This document shows, in pieces, positions 12,370 to 25,008 of a DNA stretch of 64,000 bases. Made by a program: the position numbers and the translations under genes. This DNA is from Podarcis filfolensis (taxonomy: Eukaryota): the NCBI GenBank assembly GCA_964270895.1, contig OZ185435.1; one strand, given 5' to 3'. The notes below the pieces were generated by a model. The model saw only the letters and a program-made list of their open reading frames with translations. It was not told the origin of the DNA and did no database searches. Numbering within the stretch: position 1 is the first letter of the stretch; each line of letters starts with the position of its first letter.

Positions 12370-12744
12370 CAGGGCCTTCTTAAGCATATCCGGCACCATG
12401 GTGCAAAGCTCCCTCCGGCACCCCCCCCTCCGGTTTCCCAGAGTTTTTTTAGGGAGTACGGCGCTGCCGGCGGGTCTGGAGGAAGCAGACAGCAGCTGGA
12501 GGACAGCTCCTCCGGTGGGGAAGAGGCGGAGGCTGGATGTGGCGCCTCCCGGCTCAGCTGGCCACTTCGTGCCGCGGTGGCCACGGCAGACGGAGGCTCC
12601 GGGTGCGGTGCTGCTTCGGTGCGGCATGGCAGCAAGCTGATGCCAGGAGGCGCCGCGTCCAGCCTCCGCCTCTTCTCTGGCGCCCTCCAGAACTTGGCGC
12701 CCTGGTGCCTTGTGCCACTAGCCTCTATGGATAAGACGCCCCTG
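12370..12744. mobile_element. hAT-type MITE (GC-rich)
   Basis: Ends CAGGGCCTTCTTA / TAAGACGCCCCTG. Perfect 8-bp TSD TTGAGAAC (12362-12369, 12745-12752). Confidence 0.88.
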
Positions 12745-13338
12745 TTGAGAACTGTCTGAGATAGTCACCAAGTTTCAGCAGCAACTCTCTAATTCTGAAC
12801 AAACGAAGTACCCAAACCCTGAAACCTTTGGACTAGAGCTAAAACAAAAGGTCTTTAAAGCATTGAATGTGCAGACGAGGGAGACTGGGGTGGGTGGGTG
12901 GGTTACTTGGCGTGAGCGTAGCCGGGGTGTGTGCAGGTGAGGGCAGCTGCCTCCCCTAAATCAAGTAAATAAATAAAAATACTTAACTAATTGACCAATT
13001 GCCTCACAGATAACTTAGTTCTGCCCCACCCAACATAATGCTGCCCCCCCCACCAATAAATCCTGGCTACACCCATGTTACTTGGCTATTTTATTTCTCT
13101 TCCTTATTGACAGAGGATAGAGATTTGGGCCTCATAGGCACACATTTATTTTACTACATTAGAAATGCTCCGGCTTCTTTTCCTGCCCTGTGGAATGAGC
13201 GAGCCCAGGACAGACCTCATGAAGATCGAAAGATTGACACCTCCTGCAAAGCTGTTACATAACATCTCCCTTCTCCCTTCTGCAGAGAGGCAGGGCCAGC
13301 CAGCCTCCCACCTCTGCAGCAGCGGTATGTAAAATTAC

Positions 13339-13422
13339 CTGATAGAGAGGCGTGCAGATGCTATCAATCCACTCCAGCTGCAATCGAGGCAGTTCATCTT
13401 TCCTGTTCCGATCAAAAATAGC
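13339..13422 (-). CDS. PDE11A: PDE11A coding exon (about exon 19), AIFDRNRKDELPRLQLEWIDSICTPLYQ
   Basis: 84 nt, phase 0/0. Acceptor attcag|GCT, donor CAG|gtaatt. The invariant Gln is followed by Trp (QLEW); PDE5 has QVGF here, so this supports PDE11. Confidence 0.97.
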
Positions 13423-13884
13423 CTGAATTGAAAGAGCGGGAGGGAATGAGACGTTGAAAGTGGAGGGATATGTCATGCTTTATTACTCTGCAGTATTTTA
13501 CAGATGTTGCTTCATATCCCAACGCTTTGGATCCAGGATCAAATTGGTACAAACTGAATGCTTTTGAAAACCATAATCAATCTTTATGCACACTTTCCTA
13601 TCTTTTGTCTACGATGGAAAGCAAACCATTTATTCTCTGGCCCTGTTTACAGCATATGTAAGTTTAATTTATTTGACTGTTATACCATGTAATTCCTTAA
13701 CATCAAACAAATCTACCGTATTGTTGGCAGCATTCATGTTGCAGGTGGAAGAGAGGAGGAGGAGGAGGGCAATGATAAAGACACCAACTGCCCCTGACTT
13801 CTCTTCATTCTCTTGGGAGGAAGATGTGCCGTGCAAGTCTATACATGTCACTGAATTCAAGGGGCCTTGCTTCCAGTTAGAGAC

Positions 13885-14233
13885 GGGGGAGAAATTCTGT
13901 TTGGTTTCACTACCTAATTCACACTTTCTGGAATACTACACAGTTATCCTTTGCAATTCACACTCCTCCAAATTTTGCAGTGCACTTTTCCAGGCAAAAA
14001 GAGCATTTATTATGGCAAATGGTGCGTTAAAATGCACGTAAATAGCGAAAAGAACATGAAAATATCCATTTTATTATGGGAAATGGCATGCAAAAATCTG
14101 TATATTAGGAAAAAATGCTGATGAATTTTCATTAGGACTTAAAAAAAAAAGGCAAAGGAGATCTAAACTTGAAGATTGGAAAAATGAGAAACCGAGAGAA
14201 ACTGAAATTGAGAGAGAGGTCCATCAATACTCC
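13885..14233 (+). repeat. Unclassified 350-420 bp AT-rich dispersed repeat (copy 1 of 3; others about 23100-23425 minus and 35786-36205 plus)
   Basis: Shared segments such as aattcacacttt(c)ctg, tgtatattaggaaaaa/tgtgtttattaggagaaa and ttcattaggact across the three loci. Confidence 0.5.
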
Positions 14234-16033
14234 CAGGTAAGTGAGTTTAGGACGGAAGCTTCAGTGAATGATCAGCATGGGCTGAAATTCTTGGAAAATG
14301 TGTTGTTATGGAACAGAGAATCTATTTAGAAAACAAACTATTTCCTCTTTCTTTGTTTTGTTCATTGGGAATGTTTCTTCTGGGCCCAGGCCTTCTGGGT
14401 GAATGTAGAAAAATCAGCAGCAAAGGCCAAATTGGAAATAAAGAGCAGGAGGGCTATAGCTTATTTAGTGTTCTTTGTTTGTTTTTCATTCCTAATAATG
14501 TAGTTTTATATGTAATTTGTCCTGCACTTAGCCACAACTGAGAGATGCATCATACTTACAAATGTTCTCTTCCTGTCATTGTTACCACTATCAGTAATAT
14601 TCATTATTTATGAACTGCTTCAAAGTTTTAGGCACTATAAAAAAACAACAACTAAGACATGTCCTGTTTGCAGGCTTATAGACTAATGAGAAAAACACCC
14701 AGTCAACCCCTGGAAAAAAATAACTTGAAATGGGCTGATAATTTTTTGTAAGGGACCCCATTTATTATGCAGCTCAACTCGGCTTTATCTCAAGACCCAA
14801 GCAAATTATTAATTAATCAATGACTCAAATTATAATATCCCCTAGGAGCCCAGGGTGGGCAAAACAAAGCAAAGGGCTCCCTGTCCTGTGAGGATAGCAA
14901 CTGACTCCTCCCCCTAGTGTGCACATCAACTCTTCAGTTCCATTTGCTTTTGTCTTGATTTGCACATGGGAATCACCAGTTCAGGTGCAGTACAGAAGAC
15001 CTTGGATGTGGCTTCTGTTACCGTTCATCCTACTGGAAGAGACACTGCCTTATGTCTTGGCACCAGTGTAAACAATCTACAGAACTCAGTGGCAGAACAC
15101 ATTCTGGCGGGGGGGGGCACATCCTGTCTTGCCACTTGAGGCAAAACAGGAAGTGCTGCCTGGCCCTTCAGCTTGCCTGCATTGCCCAGCCTCTTGCCTC
15201 CGCTGCCCATTTCAGGAGAGATTTCGGATGAGATCTTGGCCAAAATTGCCAAGATCTCAGTTGAAATTGGCACCAATGCTGGCAGGGCACCACAGGGTGA
15301 CATCTCAGGGGTTTCTGCTGCCTGAGGCAGTTGCCTCACCCTGTCTAATAGCTGTGCCGGCCCTGCTTCCTGGACTGGACCTACTCCAGATGGCAAGTGG
15401 GGCTGCATCTGTCAATGTTTTTTCACTGGAAACTCCTCCCTGTTATAGTATATGTCAAAGAGAAGAGTGAATCAGGTGTGAATCAGTGGGCTAATAATGT
15501 TGGTCATTTTAGTCAATGATCAGTTCAAAATAGGCTACTTGTGGGGAAAACAAGAGTTGCTGGCCAACACTCTATTATCATACCTTTGCATGCTCAAGAA
15601 GTGTTCATTTCAGGAAAGATGCACCACATAAAAACGGACAGAAAAAACATCGAGCCAACCTTGAAATTGTGCTTGCTCATAGAAATATCTCTGGTTATTT
15701 CTGGTTCAACTTCTGTGCCTTAGGAAGTTGGACTCATTGATGTCAAATGAATTCACAAGATAAAACTGAGGACTAAATAAATTTATATTGTCCTGGAAAC
15801 ATAGTCTAATCTGTTCTTATCTTTTTCAGTTATCCATTTGTATTTTTCTGGAAACCAGGTAGGTACTACTTGACAAAATAACTATTTTCTTTCTTCTTTT
15901 TAAAAACAACTAGTGTTTTGTTATTCAGGAATACAGTAAGCACAATCAGGGTCCCTATTTTTGTTTTTCTTTTAAAGAGTTTAGTTCCTTTTTGGATTTT
16001 TTTTTTACACTTTGTGGTTTTAATTGTTATATA

Positions 16034-16508
16034 CTGTATATACTCGAGTATAAGCTGACTTTTTCAGCACATTTTTATGATGAAAAAGCCCCCCATAGCT
16101 TATACCCAAGTGAGGCGGGTGGCGGCAGGACGAGCGGCCCAAAAGGAGCCCTTTCTCGCCACTGGTCCCGCCGCTGCCCGCCTGGGCAGGCACAGGAGTC
16201 GCAGTTGGGAGAGGAGCTGCACTATGCTGTGCCTCTCCCAATTGCTGCTCCTATGCCTGCTCTTGCGAGCTGCAGAGGCGGCGGCGGAGAGACAAGCAGC
16301 TCCTTCCTCCACCACCACCTTTGCCGCTGGTGGCAGTGGCGGCGGAGGAACGAGCAGCCCGAAAGCAGCCCTTTTGGGCTGCCTGTTCTTCCTCTGCCGC
16401 CACCACCAGGTTTGTGATGTGGTGAACGGGCTTATATTTGAGTCAACAAGTTTTCCTAGTTTTTTGTGCTAAAATTAGGTGCCTCGGCTTATACTCAAGT
16501 ATACATGG
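16034..16508. mobile_element. Tigger-like MITE with GC-rich core
   Basis: ta|ctgtatatactcgagtataagctga ... tcggcttatactcaagtatatacatgg|ta (imperfect TIRs). Confidence 0.8.
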
Positions 16509-16644
16509 TACTTGTGTGTCTTTTCACATTTGTATTTTAACATCTACATTTTTTAAAAAACAACGGCAACACAGCAACAAAAACAAATTTCTTACAGTAT
16601 GTTCTCATTTTTACAATGAACTCTAAAATGAGTGGTGAACTTAC

Positions 16645-16719
16645 AGAAGGAGTGAGTTTGAGCTCAGATCTCTCTCTGTCTCCTTGTTCAAAGAACTCGC
16701 TTGTTACCAGTTCGGCAAC
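16645..16719 (-). CDS. PDE11A: PDE11A coding exon (about exon 18), VAELVTSEFFEQGDRERSELKLTPS
   Basis: 75 nt, phase 0/0. Acceptor ttttag|GTT, donor TCT|gtaagt. Contains the EFFxQGDxE motif. Confidence 0.97.
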
Positions 16720-16872
16720 CTAAAACAAATAGCAAATAATCAGTTAGGATTCATATTATTTGTTAACAAATTTCCTGACTGGAACCCTGATTAACGAGCA
16801 GAAGAACACGCCCAATTTTAAATATATGGTCGCCTGCAGTCTTTGCTGACTCAGAGCTGAAGTATTTGAATA

Positions 16873-17083
16873 CAGTGCTACTTTGGTTGACGAACAAATT
16901 GGCTCCCAGATGCAACTGTTTCGGTTTGCGAACATTTTTTGGAAGCCGAACATCCGACACGGCTTCCGCTTGAGTGCAGGAAGCTCCTGCAGCCAATTAG
17001 AAGCTGTGCCTTGCTTTTCGAATGGTTTCAGGCATCGAATGGACTTCCAAAACAGATTAAGTTTGAGAATCAAGGTACCGCTG
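16873..17083. mobile_element. Tigger-like MITE (related to 6636-6886)
   Basis: ta|cagtgctactttgg ... caaggtaccgctg|ta. Shared internal ggaagctcctgcagccaat. Confidence 0.8.
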
Positions 17084-17949
17084 TAGTCTAAAAGCTACTC
17101 ATCACTAACCAGTAAGTACCAACAGAATAGGCACCTAAATAAGTTTAAGGTTGTTGGGATTATATACAAGGTACAGAAGTTTTGGTTGGAACTGGCATAC
17201 CCATGTAATAGGGAAATCTGGCTGTTAACTCTGGCTTCTCTGCTTGTTGCTTCAACAACCTTTCTGATCCATTTAACTTCTGAAATACAGGTGTCACTTC
17301 TGTCTTCTGCTCTGAACCACTTAACACTACAATTTGCATGGACTTAATGGATTGGAGCTAGTCTTCTTTAACTTCATTTGGAGAATGAGAATTTAAATGG
17401 GAATGCAAAAGTTGGCACTACTTACAGGTGCCACACAATACCTGTTCTGCATTTGTAAGAACCTGACTGTGTGGCAGCACCTGAACCTGCCCATTGAGAT
17501 CAAGCAGGCCCTTTCACTGAACTCTTTTTGCTGCCTGCTAAAAACGTTACGACAAACCTACCCAGGTGCTTAGAAAGTTGAGGCAATTTCAATCTGTTTT
17601 AGTATTTGAACTTTTGTAGGTTTTAAAGAATGGTTATGGATTTCTTGATTTTATTTTATCATTTTGTAAACCGCTTTGAGGTTTGTTTGTCTGTTTGTTT
17701 ACAATCAAGCCGTGTATAAATTTTATGGAATAAAATAAATAAATGGCACCAAGCTCAAACTGGACAAATAAATGTCGTTTTGAAAACATGTGTTGATAAC
17801 CTGGCAGCGGCGGAATATAAGCTTAGCCACTGAACTCAAAACTAAGTGTTTCCTTTTTATACCACTGCCATGTGATGTGTGAATGGAGTCACTTCAAAGA
17901 TAAGCCCCTCGTGAAACTTTTTTTTCCGGGGTGTGTGTGTGTGTGTTTT

Positions 17950-18455
17950 GGGGGAATCATAGCTCAGGGGGAAAGCATGTTCTTTCCATGCAAAAGTTCC
18001 CAGATTCAACCCCCAGCATCTTCAGGCAGAACTAGTTAAAACTGCTCTCTGAAATCCCGGAAAGCTGTTGCCAGTCAGAGCAGGCAATACTGAAGGTTGG
18101 TCTAGAGCAGGGGTGTCAAACTCAAATTCATCGGGGGCCGCATCAGCAGTTTGGTCACCCTCATGCGCTCAATATAAAAACAAGTGGAGGTTTCCTGAAT
18201 GCGTGTAAAGTTTCCTGTGTAGAACGGCCGGTGCCGCTAGAGGGCAGACGTTCTCTGGCTTGTAGGCTGCCGTGCATGCGCTGAAGGGGCGGCTTTCTTG
18301 TGTCAAAAAAAAAAAAAAAAGCGAGAATAAAAGGTGAAGGCTGGTGGCTGCCAGCAGCTACACGGGCCACATGACGAGGTCTGGAGGGCCGGATTCGGCC
18401 TGCGGACCTTGTGTTTGACACCCGTGGTCTAGAGGTATAAGGCAGCTTCCAACAT
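17950..18455 (+). mobile_element. Old tRNA-derived SINE split by the hAT MITE at 18108-18426
   Basis: Head catagctcaggggg...cccagattcaacccccagcatc. The 3' end gtataaggcagcttcc resumes after the MITE. Confidence 0.65.
18108..18426. mobile_element. hAT (Charlie/Buster-like) MITE
   Basis: TIRs CAGGGGTGTCAAAC / GTTTGACACCCGTG. Perfect 8-bp TSD GTCTAGAG (18100-18107, 18427-18434). Confidence 0.9.
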
Positions 18456-18494
18456 TTCCATGCTACCGCCAGACAGCTGCTTTGGAATGATACT

Positions 18495-18960
18495 GAGACA
18501 AACCATAACACCGGTCTTGAAAGACCTACATTGGCTCCCAGTACGTTTCCGAGCACAATTCAAAGTGTTGGTGTTGACCTTTAAAGCCCTAAACGGCCTC
18601 AGCCCAGTATATCTGAAGGAGCGTCTCCACCCCCATCATTCTACCCGGACGCTGAGGTCCAGCACCGAGGGCCTTCTGGCGGTTCCCTCATTGCGAGAAG
18701 CAAAGCTACAGGGAACCAGGCAGAGGGCCTTCTCGGGAGTGGCGCCTGCCCTGTGGAACGCCCTCCCATCAGATGTCAAAGAGATAAGATGTCTTCTGAA
18801 TGTCAGATAATTGTTTAAGGCAGCCCTGTCCAGGGAAGTTTTTAATGTGTGACATCTTAGTGTATTTTTGGTCTTTGTGGAAGCTGACCAGAATGGCTGG
18901 GGAAACCCAGCCAGATGGGCAAGGTACAAATAATAAATTATTATTATTTTTATTATTATT
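18495..18960 (+). mobile_element. L2 LINE 3' fragment with (TTA)n tail
   Basis: ITPVLKDLHWLPVRFRAQFKVLVLTFKALNGL...RAFSGVAPALWNALP is a typical L2 ORF2 C-terminus. Ends in taataaattattattatt. Confidence 0.9.
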
Positions 18961-19809
18961 AGTGGAAGGTCTGGCTCACATGGAGACCTCGTGGCCCACA
19001 ACAAGGTGTCATTGTTCAAGGGAAACACCATGCAGTGGTACTTGTAGATTTAAGCTCCTTTTGCATGGCAGCCACATTGTGAGAAGTAACCTGTAAAACA
19101 GCTTCGTTTAAATAAAATATATGTAGCCAGTATTTATTTATATATATATATCCTACTTCAGAGTTAGCTACATATATCTTGGTTGTACATGAACATCTAA
19201 TTATAAGAAGAGATTAAGAATGTTTCGACACTTTTGTAATGTTTTATCTACTTCATTGATTTAATTTGCCTTCAGAAAGGGTTAGGTTATAAATCTAATT
19301 GAAATAAAGCTAAGGATACATATGAGTAACTTCTGGAAATACGCAGTGTTCTTCTGCAAAGTTAATCCTAATTGGATTTTCAGGTTGTGTTTCTACAACA
19401 ATATGCTTTTAAAGAAACAAAAAACAAAACCCGAATGTAGTATCATTTTACAAAAAAATAATAATGTAGGGATGCAGACAGCAAGGGACGCTGGTATAAA
19501 CAGGCCCCTTGGCTATTGATGTTCTCTCTGTTGCTAATGTGTGACTACACAATTGCACACTATGTGTTGAAAATCGTATTGGAGATCATATACTATCTGA
19601 AATGACAAGTAGCATAATTTAATGGTTTTCTAGCTTATACGATCAGTACTATCCGAAGCCATCATCCTAGGGAGAACACATTGCCTAATGGTCAGCATTC
19701 AGGTTCTTCCCCCTTGCCAGGTGTCCCCCCCCCCTTTTTCCAACATGTGGGCTGAGTACATACACCATACATTTAAATCACATTTCTGGAAACTGTAGTT
19801 TATCCCTTA

Positions 19810-20166
19810 GGTAAAAGTAAAGGGACCCCTGATCGTTAGAGTCCAGTTGCGAACGACTCTGGGGTTGCGGTGCTCATCGCGCTTTATTGGCCGAGGGAGC
19901 CAGCGTACAGCTTCCAGGTCATGTGGCCAGCATGACTAAGCCGCTTATGGCGAACCAGAGCAGTGCACGGAAACGCCGTTTACCTTCCTGCCAGAGAGGT
20001 ACCTATTTATCTACTTGCACTTTGACGTGCTTTTGAACTGCTAGGTGGGCAGAAGCAGGGACCGAGCAACGGGAGCTCACCCTGTTGCAGGGATTCAAAC
20101 CGCCGACCTTCTGATCGGCAAGCCCTAGGCTCTGTGGTTTACACCACAGCGCCACCCGCATCCCTC
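19810..20166 (-). mobile_element. Full-length Sauria SINE
   Basis: Reverse complement of the family body. 14-bp TSD TAGTTTATCCCTTA at 19796-19809 and 20167-20180. Confidence 0.92.
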
Positions 20167-21210
20167 TAGTTTATCCCTTACAGAGCTACAATTCCCAGCA
20201 CAAACTGAGAGTTCTCAGGACTCTCAGGGTGCTTTGAATGTATAACATGTATGGAGATAAATCTGTTTATAAGAATGCCAACGTTAATGAAAAAGGAAAT
20301 ACAGTAAATACAATCCTGGAAAATGGGTATTTAAAAATGGGTTCTTTTTCAAAGACATTGGGTATTATTCAAAAAAGTTTTACTAATAATCAACGCACTG
20401 AAATTAATGCACATGACTACAGTATGTTAGGTCAATTAATTGCAATGGGTGTACTCTGAGTTTAAATGTCACTCAGTGCTATATTCTGGAGAGAGAGAAC
20501 ACGACACTCCTGGGCAGGCAGTAGGTATTTCTCCTCTGTGATATCAACCATTTGACATTATTATCAATTAGCTATATATCAATGAGGATTTTAGATGGCA
20601 TGGATTAAATTACAAGTCTCTTTTAGAGTTGGAAGCTAATCAAATTATAAAGAGGAGTGAAGGGATGCCCTGCAAATGAATACATGGAACCTTTTACAAA
20701 CGTTTGCTCAGGCCCAAATGTTCTTTTTAAATCTATTTTTGTATTTAAAAATATAAAACATATTGCCAACTGTGTGTAAAGCTTTCTAGGTATCTATTCC
20801 CCTAAACAGTCCACACTTTTGAAGCTCTCCTCCAATGATCCATACTTAGCATTTGCCTTCAACATTTTGTGGTAAGAAGGTGGTTCAGGATCTGTTGAAC
20901 AAAATAGGAAGACGCTCCGTCTTACATTCCTGTGATTTTATATGCAGTGGAAGAGTTAATCTTGTGGCTCTGATGATGGAATTGGAGGTGTTCTTCAGAC
21001 ACCTTAGAAAGACTTAGTGCTATCAAATAAACATGAACAACGAAAGCATTGGGCAACAGAACCATGCCCAGCAGAAAATCTGTGTTATTTTAAAACACAG
21101 CAACACTGCTGCAAATTGATTGCATATTTGGCCCCTTCTATGTCAGGTTCCTGGGAAAACAGTTGCATCAGTACCTCCTCTTCCTTGCCCTGCTATTAAT
21201 CATGACTTGC

Positions 21211-21274
21211 CTGTCTTGAAATCTCCCACGGTTTGGTCGCAGCTCCAAGGTCACAGGCTGTCATTAGCATTGAT
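21211..21274 (-). CDS. PDE11A: PDE11A coding exon (about exon 17), (R)SMLMTACDLGAATKPWEISRQ, with GC donor
   Basis: 64 nt, phase 2/0. Acceptor tttcag|A, donor CAG|gcaagt (non-canonical GC). Contains the MTACDL metal-ligand Asp motif. Confidence 0.95.
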
Positions 21275-22314
21275 CTGAAAAACAGAAATGAACAATACAA
21301 GCTGAACAAACCTTTTGTTGCTTTCCTAAACAAATGCGCCTCAGCTACATAACTTGTTTTAAACAGTCAGAATTAGCAACTTCTTCCCTTAGAGAAGGGA
21401 CGGCACAGCTCTGAATCTCAACAGTCAGCGCCATTTTTAATGCCATTAGATATAGCAGAGCTAATGCATTATAGATCATCAGATAATGAATTTTCAATGC
21501 TATCCATTGAGTGCTACAAAAGAAACATGTATCACCACGGACTAACTACTAATTTTGCTGCACTTTGACTAATAAAGTAATATTTATAATATACAGGGCA
21601 GCTGGGGTTCTGCCATGATGTAAGAAAAGGAGTTATTACACAATAAATACAGATTGGGCTAATCTATTTGCCTACTTATAAGTGACTACTGTGGTAAGAG
21701 AAAAGCTATAACCATGAGAGGCATTCCAGACATTGTTTAAGCAGTTTCTACGGTTCATCTGCAATAAAACCCCCAAGATTTACAGTAAGGACTACACTGT
21801 TTCACTGTAGTTTAATACCTGGCTACAATTATGTTTTATAAGTGTTGGGAGAAAGAAACTATTCAGCTGGAGAAAGCATTTATGTACAGTACATGATGCA
21901 GATAAAACTATGAGGAAGCTCAGATGAAGAACAAGGACAGTGGAAATAAAAGAAGTGGCATATATACTGCCCCGGCTCTAAAATTGGGAATGAGTGAAAT
22001 GATATGGAAAAACAGGAAATGACCCATGCCTCCGCTAAAACACAAGGATCATTCCCATCACATGAATAGCTCCATTCATAAACGGCATGTGTGCATACAG
22101 GAGAAAGCTCACGGGATGTTTCTTTGCTCTTTCACAAAAGTTTCTTGGTGGATGTAGAGGATGCCCTTGGGAGTGGTGGGTCTGATGGGGCGGATGTAGG
22201 GAGGAGAGTTGTGTGCATGTGTGTGCAACAGGCATTGTGGGTGGCACAAGACCTGCCTGACACAACAGCTACATAACACCACTGGAGAACATCAGGGCTG
22301 TCCTTTCAGCGATA

Positions 22315-22522
22315 CAGTGGTACTTCTGGTTGCGGACGGGATCCGTTCCAGAGCTAGGGTAGGATCCCGAGGTTTCCACAACTGGAAGGACCGCTTCTGC
22401 ACATGCGCACGTGGCGGTGGAGCGCTTCTGCGCATGTGGCAAAACCCAGAAAAATATGTTTGCTGCATACGTATCCTGAAGGATACATAACTGGAGGTAA
22501 ACGTTAAGTTGAGGTACCACTG
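22315..22522. mobile_element. Tigger-like MITE
   Basis: TA|CAGTGGTAC ... GAGGTACCACTG|TA. Confidence 0.85.
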
Positions 22523-22537
22523 TACAAAGGACTTGAG

Positions 22538-22595
<58 letters not shown>
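22538..22595. repeat. Compound (AC)n(AG)n microsatellite
   Basis: Direct reading. Confidence 0.95.
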
Positions 22596-22597
<2 letters not shown>

Positions 22598-24501
22598 GGA
22601 TGAAAGAGAAAATGGGTGGCCCACTCGCTGATGCCCCTGGCAGTGCTCATTTCTGGCTTCATCCCTTCCCAGTACCCCGGAGCGAATGGAATCCTCTCCT
22701 AAAAAAACCCAGGTTGCCCACCTGCAGCTTAGCTAAATGTTAATTGCTAATACCTGTAACAAAAGAGCTGCTTTGAATGGCAGCAATTTTGGGCAACAAC
22801 TAGATGGGCAAGGAAGGAATGCTTAACTCATCTGCCTCCCACCCCCTTTTTACTGTAGCTCCCCACCTATGCCACTGACCCCCCCCATGCAGTGCAGCTT
22901 TGTGAAGGTAAAGAATGTGTCTAGAATGCTATGGGGGTGGAATGAGAGGGAACCGCAGCAGAAAAACAAGGGGTGGGAAAAGATTAAAGTGCCCACTCTA
23001 CTCTGCTGCTGGAAAGGGGCAAATTGGCAGATCCTGGTTTCTCTCAGTTTCTCATTTTTCCAATCTTCATTTTAACACCATTTTGACTTATTTTTTTTAG
23101 GCTTCATGACTTTACCAGCATTTTAGTGAGAATTTATCTTAATATAACGTTTTAATGTAACTTTTCCTAATATAATGCAGTTTTGCAATGCCATTTCCCC
23201 TAACACAACACATTTTAATGTATTATTTTCACCAATATATGCATTTATGGACACTTTACTTAGCATATGAATTTTAGCACACATTACTTGGGCTGCAGAA
23301 CTGTGTTGCAAAATTCACCGAAGTTCGAATTTTCAAGGAGAGCTGTGATTCGGTTTGCATACTGCTTCAAGACGTACACATTTCTGTAAATGTCTCTTTA
23401 AAGGTGAAATGAAATGAATTTCTCCTGCTGCTACTCAACTTAAAAAGCTGTCACCCTGAAGCAGCTTTTCTGCAACAAAAATGGCTATGCAACAACATCT
23501 TGGGCAGACCCTAGTTTGATTTCCAAGAGCTTGTTAATGTTATGCTGCTATATATATGGTATATATATTCATAATGTTCTGGTTGCTCGTCCCAGGGTAA
23601 GTCTGTCGTGTGACATAGTCATTCTATGGGCTGAGGAATGCATTATATTTACCAGGGAGAATCATTCTGCAACAGACAGTAAATAGCTGGTTTTTCCTTG
23701 ACTTTTGAATGGGAGAAACCAAACAGCATGCAAGGTAAGTGGCAGACCTCCCCTGCTCCAGCTAAGGATCTTATAAACGTGAAAGCAGTGTGTGAGATGG
23801 AACAATAGAAGCAGGTTTTGCTACAGTGAGACAGATAAATTGCAGCCTGAGAAAGATGGAGAGTAGGTATGCTTCAAGCTAAAAAGAAGAAGAAACTGTG
23901 GTTGTTGGTTTCCTTACTGGGCATCTGACACAAGGCAGTAGATTTGCTGCTTTTAGGGTTGCTATGCTTTCTGCCACTACCTATATCCGATTTGTATATT
24001 TGTAAATAAACCCAAATATTACAAAAACGTCACAAGCCTGCTGTCATCTATCCTTCCAAAGGAAACCAAAGCTGGGTAGGCACAGTCCCCCGACAATCTA
24101 ATCACTCAGAGGAGGAAAGCATAACAGTACTTGTACAAAAATTGTGTACCACAGTAATCATGGAAATCGTATTAAGAGTCTCCACACTCTTGCCCAGGGC
24201 CGCTAGGGACATCTGGCAGAGGTTAAAGACTCAGTGTGATGACAGCAATCTCCATGGTGATTTAAGCATTACATCCAGGCGAGGGATCGCTAGTCTTGGA
24301 GAGACCCTTTTAGCCAATAGCTGTGCAGAACCCAAGCCAGGAAGCAGTGTTGGTGGCCACTCTAAACAGCGTCGCTGGCTAGCTCTGAACTTCCAGATGC
24401 CTGCAAAGAATATGGTCCTCCGTTGCTGCGGATAGTCTAGTTTCCCACAACAATCTTGATAAACAAATGTGCTGCATACCCAACCCAGAGGCCTCACTTA
24501 C

Positions 24502-24579
24502 CGAAATATCTCCCGCTGGCTCTTAACATTCCAGTTGTAGTCACCTTTGTTGACAAGTTCAAAAAACTCAGTCCTCCTC
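24502..24579 (-). CDS. PDE11A: PDE11A coding exon (about exon 16), (E)RRTEFFELVNKGDYNWNVKSQREIF(R)
   Basis: 78 nt, phase 2/2. Acceptor ttgtag|G, donor CG|gtaagt. Matches recalled human RRTEFFELVSKGEYDWNIKNHRDIFR. Confidence 0.95.
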
Positions 24580-24796
24580 CTACAACAAAATGTATCAGCG
24601 GAAGGAAACAAGAACATTTATAAGACGTTGTTGTAATGCTTGCAATGGAATTTTGTGTGAGAACATTGTGCTTCACGAACCACTAAGGTTCTTCAGAAAC
24701 CACTGAATTGGCCCTCTCCTCTTATTCCCATCAGTGCAGGTAGCAAAAGACCTGGAGAAAAGCTTTCCTCTGCTCCAGCATAGTAAAAAAATTGTA

Positions 24797-25008
24797 CAGT
24801 CATACAGCTTAGTTCTCGAACGTTTTGGCTCCCAAATGCCGTAAACCTGGAAGTGACTGTTCCGGTTTGCGAACTAATTTTGGAAGCTGATTGTCTGATG
24901 GGGCTTCCGATTGGCTGCAGAAGCTTCTTGCAGCAAATCATAAGCCAAACTTTTGGAAGACAAACTGACTTCTGGAACGGATTCCGTTCGACTTCCAACG
25001 TACAACTG
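24797..25008. mobile_element. Tigger-like MITE (related to 6636-6886)
   Basis: ta|cagtcatac ... ttccaacgtacaactg|ta. Shared internal tctggaacggatt..gttcgacttcc. Confidence 0.8.

Noticed and set aside
12088-12759. Cluster of overlapping 110-180 aa ORFs
   Set aside because: Explained by a GC-rich hAT MITE and microsatellites that lack stop codons.
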